Sequence record: AJ697969.1
Reading direction: 5' to 3' (one strand)
DNA from: Pseudomonas phage EL
DNA: 64,000 nt
In this document: positions 27,845 through 37,698 of the stretch, one piece after another
How positions within the stretch are numbered: the stretch's first letter is position 1
Layout: each line of letters opens with the position of its first letter
The notes under the pieces: model-generated
Told to the model about the DNA's origin: nothing
Database searches by the model: none
The model's input: only the letters and a program-made list of their open reading frames with translations
Position numbers and translations under genes: made by a program

Positions 27845-29557
27845 ATGGACCGGCAACTCATTAAACACATTGAAAATTCCATGCCGAAGTTCAATAAGTT
27901 ACTGGTGGATGGATTTCATCAGAAGGAGTTTAGTAATGCGTTAGGAGTGTTCGATCATTCCATGAGGGCCATTCTGAAAAGTGTTGAGAAACGGGGTGTC
28001 TTTTACAAGAAAACCGTACGAGCTTCACCTCGGGAGTTCATTGACTACTTGATCAACAGCAGTCGTAAAGTCTTCGATGTCCATAAGGAAAGCTTGTATC
28101 CGGTTAAGATCTGGATCCAGTATAAGGACCGAGGGGGTAAGTTAACGGACTTTTACACCTACACGATGCTCCCGTATACGGATAAGTACGGGGATCTGTG
28201 GTTGAGGGGATCGTTGTATAACCCTCAGATCGTACTCGCTGAACAGGGTCTACCCGTAACGAAAGAGAACGCCTTGTTCGTGAAAGTGCTGGGTTTCAAG
28301 TTTAAGATTGGAATCGAGCATTTCAATTTCTGTCAAGTCTTTACCGACACAGGGATTGAGACCCATCGTCACACGGATATCAACCTGGCGGCTAACCGGT
28401 TCTACAGTCCAACCGAATCCCGGAAGATCAAGGACAGTAAGACCCCTGTTCCGTTGTTGGCGTGGTATATCTTTGCGGACATGGGCTTCAGTACGGCCAT
28501 GGAGGAATATGCGGAGTGTGACTTCCGTATAGGCTCTCTGGATGCGCTGCTTAACGAATGCAAGGCAGAAGACCGGTGGGAAGTCTTTACCGGTCCTAAG
28601 CGTGCTTCGGATAATAAACCTTCGTTAGGTGATTATGTCAGTTTGGACATCGGTATTGCGGTACGGAACAAGTCTAGCAGTCGTAAGGAACTGAGCGCAG
28701 TCGGGTTACAGTACAGCTGTGCTTTATTGTTCATTGCGAACTGTTGTTCGTCGTACTTTGATATTGAACGGTTGGATGATCCGGACTATTGGAAGCTGAT
28801 CATAGGGCGGTGTTCCGTTAAGGCGGGTGACAGTGACGAGTACATCATGCGTTTGATGTATGAGCACTTCGATTCCATTCGGGAGTACCTGGATGAAGAT
28901 TCGATTAAGAAGTTCGCTGCTAAATCGATCGTAGTGACCAATATGTTTGATCTGTTCAACTACATCATTGCGAACCGCAGTGAGATTGTCCAGACCACCG
29001 ACCGTGCGTCAGCGTTCAATAAAGACTTGGCCAGTTTGGAATTCACGCTGGACAGTCTGCTGACGTCTGCCAATAACTTCAAGCACGATATCAAGAACAA
29101 CTCGGAAATCAACCAGAAAAAGGTGGCGAGGTTCTTGACTCACAATTTCCCTATTAAGGAGATCGACAATGCACAATACGCCAACCTTATCCTGGAACCC
29201 ACCCCTACGGATAATCCGTTCGTAGACTACGGGTTGGGCTGCATGCCCCAACACAAGGTCTATACCGGTGGTGGTAAGCGTAAACGGGGTGACTTCGACA
29301 CGTCAGATAGCTCAACCTTTACCCACGCGTCGCTTCCCTTTGTTCATAGTTTTTTACGGGTTACGAATCCTAATCCTGATGCACGGGGATTCCTTAATCC
29401 AAGCATTTATCTGATCAATAATCGTACAACGGGCTTAGACCCTCAATTTAAAGAACTCTACGAACGAACAGATAAACGCCTCAAGAAAAGAGAACCATGG
29501 CCATGGCAAACATCCTCCGTCCATCCGGACAAGTCAACCGAGGAACCGTCTCAATAG
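27845..29557 (+). CDS. hypothetical protein, 570 aa
   Basis: Long ORF in the same operon. Confidence 0.65.
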   Translation: MDRQLIKHIENSMPKFNKLLVDGFHQKEFSNALGVFDHSMRAILKSVEKRGVFYKKTVRASPREFIDYLINSSRKVFDVHKESLYPVKIWIQYKDRGGKLTDFYTYTMLPYTDKYGDLWLRGSLYNPQIVLAEQGLPVTKENALFVKVLGFKFKIGIEHFNFCQVFTDTGIETHRHTDINLAANRFYSPTESRKIKDSKTPVPLLAWYIFADMGFSTAMEEYAECDFRIGSLDALLNECKAEDRWEVFTGPKRASDNKPSLGDYVSLDIGIAVRNKSSSRKELSAVGLQYSCALLFIANCCSSYFDIERLDDPDYWKLIIGRCSVKAGDSDEYIMRLMYEHFDSIREYLDEDSIKKFAAKSIVVTNMFDLFNYIIANRSEIVQTTDRASAFNKDLASLEFTLDSLLTSANNFKHDIKNNSEINQKKVARFLTHNFPIKEIDNAQYANLILEPTPTDNPFVDYGLGCMPQHKVYTGGGKRKRGDFDTSDSSTFTHASLPFVHSFLRVTNPNPDARGFLNPSIYLINNRTTGLDPQFKELYERTDKRLKKREPWPWQTSSVHPDKSTEEPSQ

Positions 29558-31842
29558 ATCCTAATGCACCCATCCCCGGGGCTTCTGGTACGACGATGGG
29601 CCTCGGCGCCCGTCAAGGTATGTACAACCAGATGTCACCCTCCATGCAACTCCGTGGTGTTCTCGAACACGGCCTGCAAGGGAATAGTCAGGGTGGGGGT
29701 GGGGGTTCCATCCATTGGGAACGCTACGGTAACTCCCTCTATGAAGACGCTGCACTCCGGGAGATCCGGGAGAATGCGAATTCTGAAATAGACAGTAACC
29801 AACTCTTCTTGGAGAAGTTTTCCCGTGCTGGGGTGGAATTGATTCAGCAGCTAGGAAGACGACAAGGGGCGTTCTATAACGAATACCGGGAGACCTTAGA
29901 AAACTTTCGTTTTGTTCCCAAAACCCCGGTTAAATGTCCCATTCGGGATGAATTCGTTAACAACCTGAACAAGTACCCTGAAACCCTCCGCTTTATCTCA
30001 ACGGCCTCTGTGCCGATGTTTGTCCAGCGACTGATTGTCCTGGGTAAACAAGGGTCTTCGGAGTTGACGACGTCGGACTATATGGGATCCGCAGTCTTTG
30101 CCTATCGGTCTGTTTTAACCATGGAGATGATCTCCTGGTTGTGCAAGAGTCCGGCAGGTCGACAGTTCACGTATAGGTTGACCCCTGAAATCCAGAAAAT
30201 GATCGCTAACCTGGAGCATTTCAAGGATACGTTTAGCCTCGCCTGTAACACGTTAGGTTGTACGAATCCTTATGCGTCCCTGGTGTATGAGGTGAAGACG
30301 CCAACCACGACGGAGAGCCATCTCATCCACGAAGCACAAACCGCCTTCCTTCATTCTAACTTTGGAGCGAACAACGGCGTGGAATCCCAGAACGATCCAA
30401 CCACTGAAGACATCTTTGAAATGGTGAGGAAACGGGCTGAGCTGGCCAGACGGGACAACCAGGTGTATACTCGCCCTGAAGATCCTCGGTTCCAACCCCC
30501 AGAAGTCCAACGCTGGAATAAGGTCCGGAATGATCTTGAAAACCTGACCGTTAAGAACAAGGATGAGTTTGATCTCACCAGTTATTTCCATTACATCGGT
30601 AAACCCAAGCATTATCTGATTCCGGAAACGGATTGGAAGCGGATAAAGAAGGTTTATAAACGCCACCCTGAACAGTCTCCTCAAGAAGAGAGTATCCTCC
30701 CGGGTTGTTTCCGTATTGTGATTATTGACCTGGAAAAGGATAACGGCTGGTTCAGCACTGTTGTAAGGAGTCGTACACTCGATATGGTCACTGCTCTGTC
30801 TAGCCCTGAAAAGCTGTTGCCGTTGCTGGAAGCTACGGAAGACGGTAATGACGTGGTGGTCCTGCCGGTGGAGAAGGTGGTAGAAGATACCAAGTCCCTG
30901 GAGATCACGCTGGAGACCTGTGAAGAATTGGAAGGGATCCCAGTGGTTACGGTGTCTGAAGGCATCGTCAGCGCGACGTCTAAGAAGCTGATGGCGGCTG
31001 TGGTGACGACCAACACCGCCCTGAGTAAGAACATGCCAGGGACCAACGCCACGTCGTTCTCCGCTACGATCTGGGATACCTTCACCTGTTCCGATGCTCG
31101 GGATAAAGTCCGACTCAAGAACGATCTCCCGTTCCTGTTTAAAGACTTTAAGGAGGGCGATCACTCCCTGTCGTATTACCACCGGATGAAAGCGGTTAAG
31201 GAGTACTTGGATGAAGGGATTCTGGATGAGGAGTTGGGTGAGTTCATTCGGACTCGTCTGACCGCAACGGTGAATGCGTGGTTCGTCAGTTCCCTGGGGT
31301 ACGAACGCCTACCAAGCTCACGGAACCATCTGTCGGTAACCGACATCGTCGAAGACTTCGACGAGCTGGATAAGATCCTGGAAGAAGATCATCCTGAAGG
31401 GTACCGACGGTTCAATGAACCGGGAGGGCCGGGTAACTACCTGACGGAACAAATGAAACTGTTCGTTCCCGATGGGAAATACGATGGTGTGGAAAGTGAA
31501 GAGGGTGGTCTAATCCAAGAAGCTCAGAAGAAGTTGGAGTTACCGTTGGAACGCCGCTTCCACATCACGGTGATCAATAAGCGCAATGGCCCGTTGCCGG
31601 ATCCATCGGGAGAACCCTTGATCATTAAGCGCAGTCGATTCCCGGAGTACTTCGATCTCATAGAGAAAGGATTCAAGGGAACGATGAAAGAGACGGATAA
31701 CCTGGACGTTATTGATAAACTGATTCAATTCTCCGGAGGTGATCAACTCTGGTTATTCAGTTACTCAGCCGTCGATAAGAATGTCGCCACTCTTCGGGTG
31801 GTCAGTCGAAGAAGCCCCTTGGTCCTGTTGGATCTCTTCTGA
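29497..31842 (+). CDS. hypothetical protein, 781 aa; start uncertain
   Basis: The ATG at 29497 follows AAAGAGAA but overlaps the upstream gene by 61 nt. The N-terminus is Gly-rich. Confidence 0.6.
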   Translation: MAMANILRPSGQVNRGTVSIDPNAPIPGASGTTMGLGARQGMYNQMSPSMQLRGVLEHGLQGNSQGGGGGSIHWERYGNSLYEDAALREIRENANSEIDSNQLFLEKFSRAGVELIQQLGRRQGAFYNEYRETLENFRFVPKTPVKCPIRDEFVNNLNKYPETLRFISTASVPMFVQRLIVLGKQGSSELTTSDYMGSAVFAYRSVLTMEMISWLCKSPAGRQFTYRLTPEIQKMIANLEHFKDTFSLACNTLGCTNPYASLVYEVKTPTTTESHLIHEAQTAFLHSNFGANNGVESQNDPTTEDIFEMVRKRAELARRDNQVYTRPEDPRFQPPEVQRWNKVRNDLENLTVKNKDEFDLTSYFHYIGKPKHYLIPETDWKRIKKVYKRHPEQSPQEESILPGCFRIVIIDLEKDNGWFSTVVRSRTLDMVTALSSPEKLLPLLEATEDGNDVVVLPVEKVVEDTKSLEITLETCEELEGIPVVTVSEGIVSATSKKLMAAVVTTNTALSKNMPGTNATSFSATIWDTFTCSDARDKVRLKNDLPFLFKDFKEGDHSLSYYHRMKAVKEYLDEGILDEELGEFIRTRLTATVNAWFVSSLGYERLPSSRNHLSVTDIVEDFDELDKILEEDHPEGYRRFNEPGGPGNYLTEQMKLFVPDGKYDGVESEEGGLIQEAQKKLELPLERRFHITVINKRNGPLPDPSGEPLIIKRSRFPEYFDLIEKGFKGTMKETDNLDVIDKLIQFSGGDQLWLFSYSAVDKNVATLRVVSRRSPLVLLDLF

Positions 31843-31879
31843 ATACTTGATTTAATCGCGATTGAATTAAAACTATTAA

Positions 31880-31909
31880 CCTACCCTAGTGGATCTCCAC
31901 TAGGGTAGG
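31880..31909 (+). terminator. intrinsic terminator, CCTACCCTAGTGGA-TC-TCCACTAGGGTAGG plus a T-rich tail
   Basis: A 14-bp perfect stem followed by TATTCCTTATTGGTTTATTTATTT. Confidence 0.65.
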
Positions 31910-32040
31910 TATTCCTTATTGGTTTATTTATTTAACTTACAGTTATTTTCAGATCTAAATAATCAGGGTGAATAGCAACAATCCTATTAATTGTTAACTG
32001 TTTTACTCCCCATTTCCTACACACGAACGAGGATTCACAC

Positions 32041-32397
32041 ATGACCACTTCCAATGACAAAGCCAAAACCACCAACAAGTCCTTCACCGGTGAGCGCAAG
32101 GAAGGTTTCGCAGCCACAACTGTCGCCGGGATCGTCGGAGGCGTCCTGGGTGCCGCCGCCCATTTCAATGGCACCAAAAACATCGGTTCGTCCCTGATCG
32201 CCGGTGCGGCCGGTGTGACCGTCGGTTGGGCGGCGGGTCGTCTGGTGTCCCCTGTTCAACACCTCGGTACGCCAGCTACCATTCTGGGTAGTGCCTGGTC
32301 GGGTCTGCTCGGTGCGTCGATCGCCATCACCGCGGGTGAACTGGCTGGTTCGGTAATGGGTGCTGCCCAAGAAGCCCTGCCGAGCGCCGGCGAGTAA
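32041..32397 (+). CDS. glycine-zipper small membrane protein, 118 aa, very highly expressed
   Basis: Three Gly/Ala-rich hydrophobic segments with GxxxG repeats (VAGIVGGVLGAAAHF; IAGAAGVTVGWAAG; LLGASIAITAGELAG). E. coli-optimal codons. An AT-rich about 120-nt leader follows the terminator, with a GAGGA RBS. Confidence 0.6.
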   Translation: MTTSNDKAKTTNKSFTGERKEGFAATTVAGIVGGVLGAAAHFNGTKNIGSSLIAGAAGVTVGWAAGRLVSPVQHLGTPATILGSAWSGLLGASIAITAGELAGSVMGAAQEALPSAGE

Positions 32398-32471
32398 GTT
32401 CTGCCCCAAGGAGAAGGTTATCCCTTCTCCTCTTCTTTTCAGTAACCCGCTCAGCCAGGAAGGTGTTTATT

Positions 32472-32636
32472 ATGAAATCCAGCGGCCTGCTTCTTCTGTG
32501 CGTTGGTGTTATGTTCGGCTTCTTGTTCGTGAACGCGAACTACGGCCAAGAGACTCAGGAAGATGAATCCCAAGAAGTGATCTTGGGACATCGTATTGCT
32601 CCTAACGGGCAAGAAATCCTGGTCTACCAACACTGA
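32472..32636 (+). CDS. signal-peptide/TM mini-protein, 54 aa
   Basis: Not in the ORF track because it is under 60 aa. Sequence MKSSGLLLLCVGVMFGFLFVNA|NYGQETQEDESQEVILGHRIAPNGQEILVYQH. AGGAAGG lies 9 nt before the ATG. High-GC3 codons like the gene upstream. A terminator-like hairpin follows at about 32650-32700. Confidence 0.45.
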   Translation: MKSSGLLLLCVGVMFGFLFVNANYGQETQEDESQEVILGHRIAPNGQEILVYQH

Positions 32637-32726
32637 AGAACCCACCCCCCGCTTCCTTGTCCTGTTTAAGAGGGATGAGGAGGCGGGTTCTTTACGTCTC
32701 TTTCATTTTTCACATAGGGAAATACC

Positions 32727-33158
32727 ATGCTAACGCCAGATGAAGCGAAGAAACGTCGGGTAAGAGTGGCTGAAATCTTTAGTCTGATTTCGGAGGCTAA
32801 TCAGCTTCTGGTTAAGGTCTCAGCCACCGCGAATGCTAACAGGAGTGAGGAGATGTTTGCGTTATCCATGTCTCTCCTGGAAGAGGCGGACACCAAGCTG
32901 AATGCGTACAAAAAGGAATTCCCCAATTGTCTCTCCTTGAAGTACAACCGTTGGATGCAAGTCGGGGTGAATTCTGAGGGTGGGGTGAGTAATAAACAAG
33001 GGCTTCCTCAACCCCCTCTCTTGACTGAAGACAATCAGCTCTCCCCTGAGTGGGTGACTTGGTACAGTCAGGTTATGGGGTATTCCCATTCCCATGCCTT
33101 GGAGGTGGGTGAACTTCTGTTGAATGCGTATCAGAACCTTCCTCCCTCCGAAGTGTAA
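32727..33158 (+). CDS. hypothetical protein, 143 aa
   Basis: ORF with an upstream GGGAAATACC sequence. A terminator hairpin follows at 33175. Confidence 0.55.
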   Translation: MLTPDEAKKRRVRVAEIFSLISEANQLLVKVSATANANRSEEMFALSMSLLEEADTKLNAYKKEFPNCLSLKYNRWMQVGVNSEGGVSNKQGLPQPPLLTEDNQLSPEWVTWYSQVMGYSHSHALEVGELLLNAYQNLPPSEV

Positions 33159-33174
33159 AGGATTAACGGCAAAC

Positions 33175-33197
33175 AGTCTCCCCCCTTAGGGGAGACT
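33175..33197 (+). terminator. hairpin, AGTCTCCCC-CCTTA-GGGGAGACT plus TTTCTTG
   Basis: A 9-bp perfect stem. Confidence 0.5.
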
Positions 33198-33213
33198 TTC
33201 TTGAGAAAGACGT

Positions 33214-33465
33214 ATGTTTAGAATGAATAAGGGTTGTTACCCTACCGGAATAAATCCTAATGGAAAGTTTCTGAGTCAAGAGGAATTGTGGAAACTCCCC
33301 AATGGGACTTATGTAACCTCCCCTTCGCACCATCATCACGTCTATCAACACGCCCGTCGTGTTGAAGTTCGAGATGGTCAATGCTGGCTGGTCACTGATC
33401 CCAGGTATATCTATTCCCTTGAAGACTTCTTTAAATACAACCTGCTCTACAGGAAAACCGCATGA
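33214..33465 (+). CDS. hypothetical protein, 83 aa
   Basis: Plus-strand ORF consistent with the local orientation. The overlapping minus-strand ORF 33163-33549 is rejected. Confidence 0.45.
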   Translation: MFRMNKGCYPTGINPNGKFLSQEELWKLPNGTYVTSPSHHHHVYQHARRVEVRDGQCWLVTDPRYIYSLEDFFKYNLLYRKTA

Positions 33466-33596
33466 AAAAGACCTGGATGTTGATGTCTCGTAGGAGACAT
33501 TCACCGAGCAGTATGGGATTGACCTAGGGAGTAAACTGGGCTCATTCATCGTTGATTAAAAACCTTTTGTCATTAATCCACTTATAGGACACCGTT

Positions 33597-34064
33597 ATGT
33601 CGAAGAAAATGCCGCCGGACTTCCGTAAACTGCACCTGGAAGCCTTGTACACCTACCTGAATGAAACCACGGGCGCGTGTGTCATCCTGGTTAACACCGA
33701 CGCCGGCCCTGAAGTGAAAGAAATCGGTCAAGGGAACCCCAGCGTCTTCTTCAACATCGGAGGGTTCGCGGTGAAGTACCTTCATTTCCATGAGGAGTAC
33801 GTTCATTTCGAATGCCGTTGCCAGGGGAAGGTATACGAGCTCTTCATCAAGTATGAAGATATCTTGGGTGTGCGGTATAACAGAGACTTGATTTACCTGG
33901 GTGGGGTGTGCCGAATAGTAGGTCAGGATGAAGACGGTCGGTTGATGCTCGCCCCTGGTGAAATCGCTCCTCCAGAACAGGATGATAAGAAAGAATCCTC
34001 CGTCCCCAAACCTCAGAACGGACACACCTCTCCGTTCAAGGTCATTGAAGGCGGTAAAGACTAA
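33597..34064 (+). CDS. hypothetical protein, 155 aa
   Basis: ORF followed by the hairpin CCGGTAGG-GATAA-CCTACCGG at 34084-34104. Confidence 0.55.
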   Translation: MSKKMPPDFRKLHLEALYTYLNETTGACVILVNTDAGPEVKEIGQGNPSVFFNIGGFAVKYLHFHEEYVHFECRCQGKVYELFIKYEDILGVRYNRDLIYLGGVCRIVGQDEDGRLMLAPGEIAPPEQDDKKESSVPKPQNGHTSPFKVIEGGKD

Positions 34065-34189
34065 CCCCTCACTATCAATACCCCCGGTAGGGATAACCTA
34101 CCGGTGGTTAAATTATTCTGTTGAGTGTATCTAATACGTACATTGACCAGAATCATTTAGAGTTTCATAAACACCTGAGGTAATCCAAA

Positions 34190-34672
34190 ATGCTACCGAT
34201 TAAATCACGGCTACAAGAAATGATCATCAACGCCCAACCCCTCCCCGGCGTTGTGGATGACATTTACAAAGGCTACGAGGAAGTTAGGGTGTTCTTCTCC
34301 AACTTCGATCGGGTAATCACTCAACTCCCTTTCGATAAGGATATTCTCAATCACCTGCCCCGGGGTGAAGCCAAGACGGAGGACTTCTTCTTTCTCCACA
34401 CCATCTACCAGGAGCAGAACAAAGGCGCCATCCATGGCTTCGGAGAAGGGTATTCAGGGAACATTCGTTTCCGGATTAAGATCGTACGGAACACTAAAGG
34501 GGTCATTGCAGGGTTGACCGTAGGGACTCTGGGCTGGGGAATGAAAGATCTGGAACGGGATTTCAAGAACAAACACCTGTTGCATGGGGGTGTGGATTAC
34601 AAAGACGAACTCCTGGGTAAAGTGGTTCGTCATATTGAATTGGTCAAACTCTTCTACATCGAAGACATTTAA
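34190..34672 (+). CDS. hypothetical protein, 160 aa
   Basis: ORF preceded by GAGG. Confidence 0.55.
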   Translation: MLPIKSRLQEMIINAQPLPGVVDDIYKGYEEVRVFFSNFDRVITQLPFDKDILNHLPRGEAKTEDFFFLHTIYQEQNKGAIHGFGEGYSGNIRFRIKIVRNTKGVIAGLTVGTLGWGMKDLERDFKNKHLLHGGVDYKDELLGKVVRHIELVKLFYIEDI

Positions 34673-34697
34673 CATCTTTCAGAAGGAGTAACCCCCC

Positions 34698-35021
34698 ATG
34701 GTAACAGTTCGTAAGGAAGGTAAAGAACGGTCTCCTCTGTCGAGTCCCATCGTAGGCGAACGGGATTCCGTTGATTTCCATAACAACAAAGAACACCTGG
34801 AGAATGGGACGTATCGAGTTATCGAGTACGACGGGGAAATCAATTATTGTGTGTTAGACTATCTCGTTGAATCTTGGTACAGCGAGGAAGAACACATGGA
34901 ATTCCTCGATAATCTACACATGGACCATCTGGCCGAGAGAATAGGCGAGCCATACTGCGAAGACTTGGGAGAACCGTTCACCCAAGTCCTACATGACAAT
35001 TTCAGTGACCTTTTGACTTAA
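34698..35021 (+). CDS. hypothetical acidic protein, 107 aa
   Basis: ORF 25 nt after the previous stop. Confidence 0.5.
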   Translation: MVTVRKEGKERSPLSSPIVGERDSVDFHNNKEHLENGTYRVIEYDGEINYCVLDYLVESWYSEEEHMEFLDNLHMDHLAERIGEPYCEDLGEPFTQVLHDNFSDLLT

Positions 35022-35038
35022 CAAGACGAGGGGGTGGT

Positions 35039-35824
35039 ATGAACACGTTTTACATCATTCAAGTCGACCAACGTTCCACTTCCCACCCGGGAACCATCAC
35101 TCAGTATTACGCCGAGGATCCCTCTTCTCGTGGTTATCCCGATTTCAGCAAGTCCTGGATGGACTGTAGCACTTTCCACAGCCTCGAAAGTGCTACTGAA
35201 GTCATTAACCGGATGCTCACTGATAAGAACACTCGCTTCGGTGATGGTTCGGTCTATCTTCCCCTCACATTCCGGATACTGCGTCGTGATTACAACGCAC
35301 CTGTTCCCGGTACGAAATACGAGTTCGATCTCTCCATTGTCGAGTTCTCCTACACCGATCCCTCCGACTTGAAAGTCAAAACAGTTGATCGCTGGGGAGT
35401 CGACTTCATATGGGGTGGAGGAGATAAACTCGCCAGGACTTTCTACCGCGTCGAAACGAATCCCGATCAACCCAACATGCCCTACTTGCCGGGTAAGAAT
35501 GAACCAAGTCTCTTCTACCCCAAGGCATTGGAGGGCGCTCACCCGTGGGTGTACTGGTATATCCGCAGTCATGAACTTGAGTTCACTTCCGCTTCAGTTA
35601 AAACTGCTTTGGAAGAGAAAGACAAGGTCATCGGTAAAATCAGTAACCAAAGTTCCAATGTGGAGCTTTACGACGAGATGTTTCCTAAAGCAGGCGACCG
35701 GGTTGCCGTGGGGGATCTAGTACTCCTGGGGGATGTTCTAGCTCTTCGTAATAAGAACTCCGATCTCACCCTGGAAGAAATCCACCAACAAAAATTGTCT
35801 CGTCGCGTTTCGAATAAACAATAA
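35039..35824 (+). CDS. hypothetical protein, 261 aa; paralog of 36853-37659
   Basis: Shares blocks with the 268-aa protein: VDRWGVDF/VDRWDVEF, GKNEPSLFYP/GDNEPSVFYC, GAHPWVYWYIRSHELEFT/GAHPWIHWYIITHELEFT. Confidence 0.65.
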   Translation: MNTFYIIQVDQRSTSHPGTITQYYAEDPSSRGYPDFSKSWMDCSTFHSLESATEVINRMLTDKNTRFGDGSVYLPLTFRILRRDYNAPVPGTKYEFDLSIVEFSYTDPSDLKVKTVDRWGVDFIWGGGDKLARTFYRVETNPDQPNMPYLPGKNEPSLFYPKALEGAHPWVYWYIRSHELEFTSASVKTALEEKDKVIGKISNQSSNVELYDEMFPKAGDRVAVGDLVLLGDVLALRNKNSDLTLEEIHQQKLSRRVSNKQ

Positions 35825-35836
35825 AGACAGTCAGTC

Positions 35837-35862
35837 AACAGAGGCCCTGTGAGGCCTCTGTT
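35837..35862 (+). terminator. intrinsic terminator, AACAGAGGCC-CTGTGA-GGCCTCTGTT plus GGTATTTATTTC
   Basis: A 10-bp stem followed by a T-rich run. Confidence 0.6.
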
Positions 35863-35893
35863 GGTATTTATTTCAGTAGTCAAGGAATTTGTA

Positions 35894-36358
35894 ATGGCTA
35901 GAAAAACCCTGTGTATGTTGATTCGCCATCACCAGTACGCGCTGGTAACCAATGACATCCAAAAGAGCGACTTCTTTTACACCTGCCCGTTTGAATCGAC
36001 CGTTGAAGGCCAACCGATTCTCTGTGCGGTGTTCTACAAGAAACCCAACCCCGAACGCATGAAAGCTGCGTATTCGCTGACGACTCTCCCCTGTCATTTG
36101 ACCCTTGAAGGATGGCAGAGCCTGATTGTGGATGCAGAACAACGCGCTATCCTCGTTACTCCCAGGCGGATCTATGATTTCCGTGGGGAGGAAATCAACG
36201 TGTGTAATGGAGAGAATAAGGGGTTTACCTTTGGAGCGGATGAATTCGTTCACCTTTTTGGTAAGTACCTCGACGTTAACGTTCCGTTGGGCGCTCTCTA
36301 CGCCGACAAGCAAATTGGTGAAGCATTTGAAGTTATCGCTGTAAAACCCCGTAACTAG
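35894..36358 (+). CDS. hypothetical protein, 154 aa
   Basis: ATG at 35894 (MARKTL...) preceded by AAGGAA 7 nt upstream. The track start at 35849 lies inside the terminator hairpin. Confidence 0.55.
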   Translation: MARKTLCMLIRHHQYALVTNDIQKSDFFYTCPFESTVEGQPILCAVFYKKPNPERMKAAYSLTTLPCHLTLEGWQSLIVDAEQRAILVTPRRIYDFRGEEINVCNGENKGFTFGADEFVHLFGKYLDVNVPLGALYADKQIGEAFEVIAVKPRN

Positions 36359-36433
36359 GAGGAGTGTTATGGGTACCCAAACGATCAGTTCGGCGATTAA
36401 CCCACAACCTTCCATTTCGTATTCGGGTGATTT

Positions 36434-36799
36434 ATGGAAAGAACGATCAAAGAAGTATTTGAATCGATGGCGAAGAATCTTCAAGATATCCAGCGCCTGA
36501 AGGGTCCTAACGCAAGGGTGTGTATTACCTTAGAGATTGACGGCGAAATAGTCGATTTCATCCTGCATCAGGGATATAAACATCAACCCACCCTCTTAAC
36601 TGCGATTATTATCTCAATCCGTATTCAAAATGTTGAAGGTATCCATCCCCAGGGAGTCATCATGATGTACAATGATGGCGAATTGTCGATGGGAATCTAC
36701 AAAGATGCTAAGTACGGCGGCGAAACGTTGGAAGGTGTGCTTCGTGTCGCCGAAGAATACATGAGTGAAGTCGAAGAAACCCCCCACACCCTCCATTGA
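36434..36799 (+). CDS. hypothetical protein, 121 aa
   Basis: ORF with a weak RBS. It is overlapped upstream by a 43-aa ORF at 36369 that carries a strong TAGGAGGAG RBS, in a -1 frame relation. Confidence 0.5.
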   Translation: MERTIKEVFESMAKNLQDIQRLKGPNARVCITLEIDGEIVDFILHQGYKHQPTLLTAIIISIRIQNVEGIHPQGVIMMYNDGELSMGIYKDAKYGGETLEGVLRVAEEYMSEVEETPHTLH

Positions 36800-36852
36800 T
36801 GGAATCCTCTACCCCGCGTCCTACAACCCTACTCCCTTAAAAGGAAGTCATC

Positions 36853-37659
36853 ATGTCTATTTCCTACATCATCCGGATTGATTCCCGTCTCAATAACCAA
36901 GGAGATGCCGTTACACGCTTCTATAACGTTCATGGTGGGGCGTTTGACCATCCCCGCTATATGACCCACTGGTACGACGCAAAAGCCTTCACAACGTTCC
37001 CTGAAGCCGTTAAAGTGGTTAAACGGATCATTGATGAGGAACCGGGGTTGTATTCCAAAGATCCTTACCGGGCGTTGTACGACCTCTGCTCCGCAGGGTT
37101 GGATCGCCCTATAGACCCGGATGGGTCCTACACCTTCGTGATTTACATTATCCGTTGCAATTCGGAGGATCCTTCGGACCCTCGAATGGAAGTGGTGGAT
37201 CGTTGGGATGTGGAGTTCTATCGGAATAAAACCCTACCCGACGGTCAGTTCAGTTCTATCGTATACCACGCGGAGGATAACCCCGAGGAGAGTGACCCCG
37301 GACGCTTCTACGTCCCAGGGGACAACGAACCCAGTGTCTTCTACTGTGACCGATTGGGTGGCGCGCATCCTTGGATCCATTGGTACATCATTACCCATGA
37401 GCTCGAATTCACCCACGAGAACATCGAATTCGCTAAGGATGAGAAAACCCGGGTAATCGAACAACTGCTGGAACAACAGAGCTGGGTGCCGTACTACAGT
37501 GAGAAATTTCCTCTCACTTCCCGAGAAATCGTTGTTCACCAACCCCTGCTGTTGGGGTATGTGTTGAGTAAGCGTAATGACAATCCTTCCCTGTCGTTGG
37601 AAGAGGTCCATTACCAAGAAATCACCCGGCGTAACACCAAACCGTCTGCTCATCACTGA
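36853..37659 (+). CDS. hypothetical protein, 268 aa; paralog of 35039-35824
   Basis: See the paralog evidence at 35039-35824. AAAAGGAAG precedes the ATG. Confidence 0.65.
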   Translation: MSISYIIRIDSRLNNQGDAVTRFYNVHGGAFDHPRYMTHWYDAKAFTTFPEAVKVVKRIIDEEPGLYSKDPYRALYDLCSAGLDRPIDPDGSYTFVIYIIRCNSEDPSDPRMEVVDRWDVEFYRNKTLPDGQFSSIVYHAEDNPEESDPGRFYVPGDNEPSVFYCDRLGGAHPWIHWYIITHELEFTHENIEFAKDEKTRVIEQLLEQQSWVPYYSEKFPLTSREIVVHQPLLLGYVLSKRNDNPSLSLEEVHYQEITRRNTKPSAHH

Positions 37660-37698
37660 GCATTCCGTTAATCCTTATTCCACCGAGGGAGAATGAAC

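Noticed and set aside
32035-32409. 124-aa minus-strand ORF antisense to the glycine-zipper gene
   Set aside because: Mirror-image artefact of a Gly/Ala-rich sense gene. The sense strand has promoter, RBS and terminator context.
33163-33549. 128-aa minus-strand ORF overlapping 33214-33465(+)
   Set aside because: Opposite to the uniform plus orientation of the island and lacks an RBS. The plus ORF is preferred, though neither is strongly supported.
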